Assembly: GCF_009834535.1 (NCBI RefSeq)
Contig: NC_045696.1
Location: forward strand, 43,030,001 to 43,094,000
Origin: Camelus ferus
Lineage: Eukaryota
Length of the DNA: 64,000 bases
Reading direction: 5' to 3'
In this document: positions 12,141 through 22,203 of the stretch, in pieces
How positions within the stretch are numbered: position 1 is the stretch's first letter
Layout: every line of letters starts with the position of its first letter
Notes under the pieces: generated by a model
What the model was told of the DNA's origin: nothing
The model's database searches: none
Seen by the model: the letters and a program-made list of their open reading frames with translations, nothing else
Made by a program: the position numbers and the translations under genes

Positions 12141-14714
12141 GTAGTTAGTATTTTAATATGATTTTACATATATGATCAATGTGATCATCATAAAAGTGCT
12201 GTGAGAAAGGCAAAAGAAGAATTATCATCATTTGACAGAGGGAAACAAGAGATGATTCAGTGTGTTCTGAACTTTACATGCAATTCAGAAGTGACAGGTC
12301 ATTGCTAAAAAAGCCACTCTCAGCAATGTGTGACATCTTGTTCAGTCATTGACTATGTTTGACACGAATTAAATACAAAATTGAATGTTCAATTAAAAAT
12401 GAATAAACTCACTGCCCCCAACTTTCTTTATATGGAGAGGAGTTTAAAGAAATGATCTATAGGCACTTCATTTATGAAATGGGATAATAATACAAAGAAA
12501 AATTACAAGAGAAGAAACAGTGTGATACTGCATATAGACATTAAGTCAGTATTTTTCTTGTCAATTCTGTCCTATTTTCAGTAATTTCAATTACCTTTAC
12601 TTATGAGCGGATGACCTATCATATCAATCAACACAGTAACTTCTTTAGGAGAACTTGGTGGGGTTGTCACTGTTGGTAGTCCACTGGGGGATGCCATGGG
12701 GCGGGGCTTCACTGGGTCAGTGACTTCTGATAGGCTTTAAAGGAATTAGCACAAATCCACATGGTGGGTCAGGGAGAAATATACAAATAACATGTATGTG
12801 TACACGTTTCCTATGTTAAAATATACTTAGTTTTATACTCTGCTTATTTTTAATGTAATATATGATGAGTATTTTTTCTGTAACCTTAAATGTTCATTGA
12901 AAATATTTTTTTTTATCCTTTGTGAGAGACAGATGTTCAGGTTAGGTATCCTGATAAGATCACACTGTTAAATAATTATGTGTGTAATATACACGTAAGC
13001 ATTACATTATTTTCACAAATTATTATTGTTAGCTGTGGATGCCACTGCATTCATGTGGTTCTTCACAATGTCCAAGACACCCCAACCAGAGCAAATAAAG
13101 GATAAAGACAGCTGGGTTATTCAGCCACTTACGGGGCAAGATTTGTAGATCTATACCTGTTTGTTGTAATCACTTTTGAGAAAACATAGTCAAATTAACC
13201 ACAGTGTTTCTTCTGTTGCATCATTCCTCTTTTGGAAGATGTTACAGTAGGTTCACTAATAAGATATTATTCTCCTTTTCTATTTAAATAATGTTTTAAA
13301 AGTTTACTTCATGGTATATGTTATTTGAGTCATAAGAGTTTGAGAGTAATGACTATCTCAATGAATTCAATTAGAACCAAATTAGCAATACGAAGAAACA
13401 GAAAATTCTGTTAGTCTCCAGCATACCTTGAGGACTGTATTAAAAAAAAAAAGTATGATGGGAAAATGTGCACATTTTCTGAGTCAGCTTTAGTTACCTT
13501 GTTTAGTCTGAGTTTTACCCACAAGGTGACTGTCATCCTTCAGTGTATAATTATGCTTCTTTGAGGCAGAAGCTGTGTGAGTTTATCTTGTTCTTTCAAG
13601 ATCTGGTTTACTTTTCAGGGTTCACACAGTGCTTCCCCCCATGACCATCTCAACAGTGGGTATTAGATGATAGCATTGTGAAGGTTACTGAAATGATTAG
13701 TGAGATGTCTTTCTCAGTATTAGGCTAACCGGAGCTCATGAGAAATATATAAGACCCAGGGTTGCAGCCAGAGGGAAAGCAGAAGAGGGGCTGGAAAAAG
13801 TAAAGGAAAGGGAGATGAAGGAAGAGAAAAGGGAGGGTAATTGGTGCACAACCCAATGTTGACAGGGACATGTTTCAGTGCTCTCGGTCTGTACAGTTGA
13901 GCAGTGTAGGTACAGTACTGCCCTTGAAACACAGATCAAGTTACTGTGCGAATCTGTTCTCTCCTCTGTCAGATGTGTCACTGATTCTGAATTCTGTGGG
14001 CTGTTTAAGGCTGTCCTACACTGTTAGTTCAGGCCTGTCTTCTTCTGATTAATGAGGAGGAAATGACTAAGATTTTCTTCTTGAGTAAGTGATGCTGGAA
14101 GGACTCTTGCTGCAAGGACTCCTGTCACTCAGTGCCTCAGTATAGGCCCACTTTTCTCCAACTTTCTTTTTCCCGTTTGCATTTGTGCTGTGAAATATTA
14201 ACAATGCCTATACTTGTAGATATTAATTACTCCAATGTGACTGTAAGAGCTGAGCTAACCATTTAAAGATTTAGACAATGACATAGCTTAGGAGAACTTA
14301 ATTTGAATAATTTTCTCTGGAAAAAAAAATCAAGTGCTGTTTTATAGCAATTCTGTTTCTTGAAAATTGAGACTTTTCAGTAAGCTCATTACTAAAACGT
14401 CTTAGTTTAGTTTCTTACATCAGCTTTCAGAAAAATAAATCATTTGACATGGTAGAGAGAGCCAGGAGCTAAGAAACTTAGGTCTGGTCACCATAATGGT
14501 AATTAATTGCATGCCTTTAGGCCAGTTCTGACTCTTTGAGATATTACATTTTGGAGCTAGATTAGCTCATCTCCAGCTTTTAAATTTTAAAATTGTAAAA
14601 TATTATTTCTTACACTTAAAATTATTTTAAAATGTGGGCTGTTACCAGCTGGTAATATAAAAAGCAGACAGTAGCATGACAAATTGAACAAAGTATCAAA
14701 TAAGGAACTTAATA

Positions 14715-14845
14715 CAAGTGACTTTTAGGTCCAGCTCTTTTGCCTACAAAATGGCAAATGAGTCATTTAAAAGTTTCATCCTCATCTATGAAATGTAGGT
14801 AGTATCAGTTTCAGAACTTTGTTGCTAGAGTTGAAATAAGATGCT
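14715..14845 (+). mobile_element. MIR fragment
   Basis: Degenerate MIR core: ggcaaatgagtcatttaa..agtttcatcctcatctatgaaatg..gttgctagagttgaaataagat. Confidence 0.55.
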
Positions 14846-17800
14846 CTAGAGACAAACAAACAACACTCCATGAAGCAAAGCCTTCTGGAGCTGGAAGGTA
14901 TTGATTGCTTTTTCAGTAAAGGACTTAATGTATCTTAAAATCTCACATTTGAATCTTTCCTCCTATTACGTGAATCTTATTCTTTGTAAAATTATAAAGC
15001 ACATCTGCAAGCACACATTTTTCTCCAAGAGTTAGATTGTATGTTTACCTTACTGTTGGATGATTTTTGCCTCTGTCTTTGATTTCCTAGAGGTGGATTA
15101 TTTTTTCTATTATACTTTTACATATTCTAGCCTAATAATTTTAGTTGGTTTCCTAAATATGTCTTCCACTGACTCACCTCCAAATTGCTCTCCTTGCTAC
15201 TCCTATCTCTAATGCTCTCTTTTCCCTTGGTCTACTCCCCCAGTTTCCACATTACAAAATTACACTCAGTTTTGAATTAATACCTACTTTTTCCTTGGTA
15301 CCTTTAATCATTATCCCAGATAATTGTGATATATGCCTCTTCGGACTCCAGTAACTTTTGAGGATTATATCTCTTCACAGCATATCATACTTAATATTGT
15401 ATTTATTAGATTTTTAGAAGTATGTATTTAATACTACAATAATATACTATAATATTTATATGCACATTTTACATACCACTACATATGTAATAACATACTA
15501 TTATACTCTTCTGAACCATGCTTTTAAACTTTTTATTTTGAAGCTATTTTAGAACATCAGTAAGTTACAAAAATAGTAGGTAGTTCCCAGATAACACTCA
15601 CCCATTTTCCCCTAATGTTCACATTTTGTATAATTATAGTACAGTTATCAAAATGAATATATTGAATTGATTTTGCAATATTAACTAAACTATAGAGTTG
15701 ATTTAGATTTTACCATTATTTTCATTAATACATTTTATTTTCTTTTTCAGGACCCAATTCAGTATGCCACACTGCATTCAGTCATTATGTCTCTATTCAC
15801 TTACTTATGTACATCAGTATAGAATCATGAATATCTTAATCTATGAGTTATTATTCAACACCATTTTTATTCATTTTCACATTTAGCCATTGGAAAATCT
15901 TTCTTATTGTTACTATGACCTTTGGACATGCCCAAATTCTTTTTTTGAGTTCTTCCTTACATTTCCAAAACTACAAGTGTTCCAGGCTCACTTTGTGTTT
16001 TCCTGGCCCAGCCTTGGAATCAATTCTTTTCTTAAGGAACCCCAATTCTTAGTATAGGATATTGATATTTAGAAACCAGGATCTGAGTGTTAGGTGTGCT
16101 CATTGCCACTCATATATCATTACTTCTGTGCCCTCTCAGCAAACAAGCTGGGGAATACATGTATGTTACCTGCATGTACACACACATACATCTATGTATG
16201 CTTTATGTTTTTAAATATGCATATTTCAAAGTCACAAGTTCTTAAGATCAGTGATTCCAATTCATTACCACCAGAGAGTTCATTTCTGCCTTCCCTCTTT
16301 CCTTATTTGTAACTCCTTTCTGCAATAAGAAGGAACCTGGGTCACATTATTTATATTTTCTTATTTGTTCAACCTTAGCATATACGGAAAGCATTTTAGA
16401 ATTGTTGCCCCTGATCTCTATGAGAAACAAATTTACTAACTAGAATGTAATATTTGTGTAGAGTCCTTTTAGTCTTCAGTTTTATAGCAAAATACTGTTT
16501 TCTAAGGTACTTTGGTTAGCTTCTTATTTTCTGCTTCCTGTAGTTTGGCTGTTATGGATGGTAACACAGTTAGACTTCATGTTAACAGTTTGTATTCGGT
16601 TCCTCACCTATCATAGTTGATTTTTTAAAAGATAGTAAAATTTACTCATTGTGGTAAATCATCTGTGGGCTTTGACAAAAGCTTAGAGTTCTGTACCCAT
16701 GACCACGATCATAATGAACAGCTGTAACATGCCAAAAATTCCCTCATGCCGCCATCTGTAATCAGCCCCTCTTCTCATCTCAAACCCCTGGCAACCACTG
16801 ATCTGATTTCAGTCCATATAGTCTCGCCTTTTCTAGAAATTAATATCAATGGAATCATATAGCATGTAGCCTCTGAGTCTATCTTCTCTCACTTCTCAAA
16901 ATGCATTTAAGATTCACACCTGTTGCTGCATTCAACAGTTCATTGCTTTTTATTGTTGAGTAGTATTGCATTGTATGGACCTATCATACTCAGCTTCTCT
17001 GTTTACCAGGTTGTTTCCACTTTGGAGCCGCTGTGAAAAAATAACCTGCTATAAACATTTGCATTTTTTGTGTTTACTTTTTATTTCTCTTTAGTAAATA
17101 CCTCACAGTGAGATTGCCAAATCATAAATATAGGTATAAGTTTTTAAGAAACTGGAGAATTATTGTTCATTTATTTATTTACTTATTTAACTTTCAACAT
17201 TTTTTTATTGAGTTATAGTCATTTTACAATATCGTGTCAAATTCTAGTGTACAGCACAATTTTTCAGTTATACCTGAACATATATATATTCATTGTCATA
17301 TTTTTTTTTGCTATGAGCTACCACAAGATCTTATATATATTTCCCTGTGCGATACAGTATAATCTTGTTTATTCTGCATTTTAAAATCCCAGTCTGTCCC
17401 TTCCCAACCCCCTGCTCCCTTGGCAGCCACAAGTTTGTATTCTATGTCTATGAGTCTGTTTCTGTTTTGTATTTATGTTTTGGTTTTTTTTTTTTTTTTT
17501 TTTTTTTTTAGATTCCTCATATGAGCGATCTCATATGGTATTTTTCTTTCTTTTTCTGGCTTACTTCACTCTGAATGACATTCTCCAGGAACATCCATGT
17601 TGCTGCAAATGGTGTTATGTTGTCGGTTTGTGGCTGAATAGTATTCCATCATATAAATATACCACAGCTTCTTTATTCAGTTATCTGTTGATGGACATTT
17701 AGGCTGTATCCATGTCTTGGCTATTGTAAATGGTGCTGCTATGAACTATTGTTGCAGGTGCAGGTGTCATTTTGAAGTAGAGTTCCTTCTGGATATATGC

Positions 17801-18022
17801 CCAGGAGTGGGATTCCTGGGTCCTGTGGTAAGTCTATTCCTAGTCTTTTGAGGAATCTCCATACTGATTTCCACAGTGGCTTTCCTTGCTTCCCTCTCCC
17901 ACTCTTAATGAGTTAAATGTCTTCTTTTACAATTTTGTGTTTATTCTTTTTGCAATTCATGACAGTTATCTCCTTTCCAGTTATGAGTTTCTCATTTTTG
18001 TAGCATCCTGCTTCTTTTCTAT

Positions 18023-18925
18023 TTAGAGTAGACCTGTCAGTATTTCTTTTAGCATGGGTTTAGTGTTGCTAAACTCTTGTAGTTTTTGCTTGTCTGTGAA
18101 GTTCTTTATCTCTCCTTCTATTCTAAAAGATAGCCTTGCTGGATAGAGTATCCTAGGCCGCATCTTTTTTTCATTCAGGACCTTGAATATATCTTGCCAC
18201 TCCCTTCTGGCCTGTATTGTTTGTGTAGAGAAATCAGCTTAGAGCCTTATGGGGGTTCCCTTGCAGCTCACTCTTTGCTTTTCTCTTGCTGCCTTTAGGA
18301 TCATTTCTTTCTCCTTAACTCTGGCCATCTTGATTATGAAATGTCTTGGTGTGGGTCTGTTTGGGTTCTTCCTGTTTGGGACCCTCTGAGCCTCCTGTAC
18401 TTGGATATCTGATTCCTTCTTTAGGTTTGGGAAGTTTTCAGTTATGATTTCTTCAAATACCTTTTAAATCCCTTTTATTCTTTCTTCCCCTTCTGGAACC
18501 TCTATTATGCATACATTGGCACACTTTATATTATCCTGTAAGTCCCTTATATTGTTTTCATTGTTTTTTATTTGTTTTTCTCTCAGCTGTTCTGCTTGGG
18601 TGCTTTCTGTTGTCCTGTCTTCTAGATCACTAATTCGTTCCTCTGCATAATCTAGCCTGCTTTGCACAGCCTTTAGGTCAGCTCTCATCTCAGCAAGTGA
18701 GTTTACTAATTCTACTTGGTTCTTCTTTATAGCTTCTATTTCATTTTTGACATATTTTATATCTCTAAACACTATTTCTTTTAGTTCCTTCAGTACTTTG
18801 ATCAGTCCTTTTTTGAAATCTTGAGCTAGTAAGTTATCAATGTCTATTTCCTTGATCGTGCTTTCAGGGGATTTCTCTTGATCTTTTAATTGGGAGTGGT
18901 TCCTCTGCTTCTTCATATTGCTCAT
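18023..18925 (-). pseudogene. L1 ORF1p (coiled-coil, RRM, CTD) of the half-L1; 301 codons with two premature stops
   Basis: ORF track 18464..18925 is highly similar to ORF1p at 26302..27150. Manual read-through gives TAA at 18464 (GAA in the other copy) and TAA at 18239 (TCA in the other copy). There is no frameshift, and the frame continues through ARREW, ILYPARLSF and KPMLKEILTGLL*. Confidence 0.93.
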
Positions 18926-19107
18926 ATCTCTCTGGCACTGTGCTTAAGGAGTATCAGTTATCTAGTTCTCCTGGAGATGGTGTGCTCTGAATGATTTTAT
19001 TGAGAGGTCTTTGTGTCTTTGCCCTCTTTTGCAAACTCAGCTTGCTGTTTCCAGAGGCCCTCTGTTGGCGCCCTCATCTGTGCTGCTCCCAGTGGCTGTT
19101 GGCTAGC

Positions 19108-19320
19108 AGATCGTGCCCCCTCCCAACACTGGGTCAGGTGCTGAGCTCTTACCTTGTGGGCGGGCGGGTCACTCCCCCTCACGATGCCGCAGTCAGATGC
19201 TGCACTCAGGTGAGGAAGGTGGGCGGATCGTGCCCCCTCCCAGCACTGTGGTCAGGTGCTGCATTCCTGCCAGGAAGGCAGTTGGCTGCCCACCCTCTCC
19301 CGGGGCCAGTTGCTCTGCTG
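19108..19320. repeat. Degenerate ~58-59 bp tandem repeat (3-4 units) in the L1 5'UTR
   Basis: Units start at 19110 (atcgtgccccctcccaacactgggtcaggtgctg), 19168 (gtcactccccctcacgatgccgcagtcagatgctg) and 19227 (atcgtgccccctcccagcactgtggtcaggtgctg), with a weaker unit at about 19285. A homologous array lies at about 27690-27890. Confidence 0.8.
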
Positions 19321-20233
19321 CTCTGTGCAGCTGCCCACTCCACCTCAGATCAGTGCTCCAAAGGCAGGCCTGGGGACAGCCATGGAATGGCCCTGCCCCT
19401 GCTCCGTGCCAAATCTCAGCTCCTTGTTTGTCTTGGCAGTGTGAGTTGTCTGAGGTGCGAGGGCAGAAAGATCCTATCTGCCTTGGGCTGTAAACAAGTC
19501 TCAGTCCTGCCTAGGAGGTTGAGGAGCCCCTGGCTGGGGATTCAGGTCTTGGCCCCGCCCCTATCCAGGCGCTCACACAGGAGATGGCAACTGTGGCTGA
19601 ATCCCGCCTCTCTTCTCTTGAGAAGCGCCAGTAATGGTGATGCAGTTCTGAGGAGACAAAGGCTATGGCGCCCCTCCCCCCAGGGCACACCAGCCAAGTT
19701 GCTTTGCTTTTTTCACAATTTATGGAGGACCAAGGTTGTTCTGCTCCATATCCCCTCCCAGCCACAGAGCGCAGCACCCTGCAGTCCCCTGGGGAGGCAG
19801 CCACCCCAGTCCTCTGCCCAGCTCGGGCGGCCTGTCCTGGCCCCAGCTGCCGGCTCGTGTCTTGGGCTGGGTGTCGCAAGGACCCTCTGTGCCCATTTAA
19901 CTTAGTTCTGTCAGTCAAGGGGTGCTTGGGGCAGATCTGAGCCTAGAGGCTCCCCCTCTGTCCCCCTGGCCTCTCTGTTGGAGAGGGAAGACGCAGCGAC
20001 TGAGCACCAGTCCTCCTTTGCCACTCCCTCCCCATGGGATCAGTCCCGCACTGTTTTGCTTTTTCTTCTTTCTTTTTTCCTCTTCTGCTACCAGATTTTT
20101 GGCGTCTTTGTCTTTTGAAGAGGGCGATATCCTGTCAGAGTTTGGCAGCTGCTCTGGTTGGCTGAGTGAGTACATAGATGTGAGTTTTGGTGTATTTGTG
20201 GGAGAGGGTGAGCTACCAGCGTCCTTCTGCTCT

Positions 20234-20241
20234 GCCATCTT
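20234..20241 (-). promoter_or_regulatory. YY1 site at the 5' end of the half-L1
   Basis: AAGATGGC on the - strand, about 13 nt inside the element start, the canonical position for L1 internal promoters. Confidence 0.75.
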
Positions 20242-20669
20242 GCTTCCTCTCCTTGAGAATTATTTTTCAAAGTGGCTGTACGATTCTGTGTTCTGACCAG
20301 CGATGCATGAATTCTAGGTACTCCACATTCTTTCCAGCTTTTGATATTTTAATTTTCTTTGATATTAGTAATTATAATTAATGCACAGTGGTATCATACT
20401 GTGGCTTCAATTTGCATTTCTCCAACTAATGATATTCAGCATTTTTTCATATGCTTCTTTTCCATGTTGTATATCTTCTGTGGTAAAATGTCTGTTTAGA
20501 TATTTTCCCCATGTTTAATTTTTTTTTTCTTATTTTAGTCTTATTTTTCTGTTATTATAAGAATTCTTTATATAATCTGGATCCAAGTTTCTTGTAAGAA
20601 GTGTGATTTGTAAATGTCTTTTCCTGGTCTGTGGCTAGTCCTTTCATTATCTTAACCATGAATTATGCA

Positions 20670-21260
20670 TTCAGGAAAGCTGGTGAGATGACACTCCTAA
20701 ATCCTGCTGAAGTAGGGCATGCATGGGATGAGAGAATGTGTTGCAAAATCCCCAGTTACAGGTGTGTGGGTGTGTGTGTATGTTTATGGCAGGAGAGTGG
20801 TTCTCTAAAGAAACCACAAGAGTGCTCCACCAAAGAAAAAGGTCAGTTATAAAATCAGCAAGATCAGGCTTCAGACAGTACCTGTAAAGTGAGAGTTGTC
20901 CAGGTAGTCTCTCTTCCCTCCTGACCCTTCAGCCCAGGTGCCTGAATGGGGAAAGATATAAGGAAAAGAGATGACCCAACCTTAATCCCTTACCAGGGAA
21001 CATGCAGTGCAGCAGCAGCCTTTCCTGGAGTTAAAATAACTTTATATTAAGGGAGAAGAGATGGCTATTAGATGGGACTGAACATCTAAGTGTTGAACCA
21101 TAAGTCTGCTTTTTTCTGTAAGTTACCATAGAAGTATTTACAGTCTGTGCATGATTTGAAAATTAGCAAAACCCTCTAAGTTTCAAGTAGGAAAGGGGGA
21201 ATAAATGAATAAATTTTAAAGTGACAGTGGAAGGCATTGTGTTGCTTTGTGAATATAGGT
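20670..21260 (+). mobile_element. Possible ancient LTR fragment
   Basis: Purine-rich island with gatataagg, ggactgaacatctaag and aataaattttaaagtgacagtgg, reminiscent of old mammalian LTRs. Family not determined. Confidence 0.3.
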
Positions 21261-22085
21261 TATGATTCCTATATGTTCAATGTAACTGATGTAATTTCTA
21301 TAAAGAATATCACATTCCTTTTTATGTGTTCCTTTATAATGATGTGTCATAATTGATTTTACTCCTACTCTGTGGGCATTTCGATTATTAGCTACAAATA
21401 ATTCTAAATAATTCTCCTCCTGTGTTTGTCATTTTGAAGGAGACTACATGCAGGAAATATTCTTAGGTATGAAATTGTTGAGGTAGGCATTGCCAAAATT
21501 CTCTCTAAAATTTTGTTGCAATTTGCATTTCTATCATCAGTGTGCCCACTTTGCTGTATCTTATAATGAACAATTTTTGTCAGTCTGATAAGTTTCTTAA
21601 AGGCAATTTTATAATTTCAGTTAACATCACTCTCATTCTGAGAGAATAGAAATTTTTTAGTTTAACAATTAAATTTTTCTGTGAAATATCTTCTGAATAT
21701 TCTCTTTGCATACCTTCCTTATAGTCTTATTCTTACTAGTTTTTAGTAGCTCTTTATATGTTAGAGAACTTAGTTCTCTGAGGCATTAGTGGCAATTATT
21801 TCCCTTTATGATATTTGTAATTTGATTATGATTATGTGCTTTTTTTTTTAGTTTTTTTTTTTGCTATAATTCACCTTTTTCTTTTTTTTAACATTTTTTA
21901 TTGATTTATATTCATTTTACAATGTTGTGTCAAATTCCAGTGTTCAGCACAATTTTTCAGTCATTCATGGACATATACACACTCATCGTCACATTTTTTT
22001 CTCTGTGAGTTATCATAACATTTTGTGTATATTTCCCTGTGCTATACAGTGTAGTCTATTCTACAATTTTGAAATCCCAGACTAT

Positions 22086-22104
22086 CCCTCCCCACCCTCC
22101 ACCC
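22086..22104 (-). other. G-quadruplex-forming polypurine tract in the L1 3'UTR
   Basis: The - strand reads GGGTGGAGGGTGGGGAGGG, four runs of at least 3 G. A G-rich tract is a known L1 3'UTR feature. Confidence 0.7.
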
Positions 22105-22203
22105 TCCTGGTAACCACAAGTCTGTATTCTCTGTCTGTGAGTCTATTTCTGTCCTTTATTTATGCTTTGTTTTTGTTTGTTTGTTTGTTTTTGTTTTTGT
22201 TTT

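Larger units (their letters stand above)
17170..20254 (-). mobile_element. ORF1-only, internally deleted LINE-1 (HAL1/half-L1-like non-autonomous element)
   Basis: Has a complete 5'UTR with YY1 site, ORF1 (18023-18925) and 142 bp of spacer. It then joins at 17880/17881 directly to the ORF2 C-terminal tail and 3'UTR, with AATAAA and a degenerate (TAAA)n tail. TSD gagaattatt(g/t)ttca at 17155-17169 and 20255-20269. Confidence 0.92.
15525..20660 (-). mobile_element. Ancient L1M (L1MC/MD-like) 3' region, split by the 17170-20254 insertion
   Basis: Antisense L1 3' motifs run from ttttattttgaa (15532). The motif 'tttttaagaaactg...caaagtggctgtac' is continuous once 17170-20269 is removed. Confidence 0.8.

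Noticed and set aside
19108..19320. CRISPR-like repeat-spacer array or prokaryotic RT system
   Set aside because: The DNA is mammalian. The repeats are degenerate tandem units within an L1 5'UTR, and the RT is a standard L1 ORF2p.
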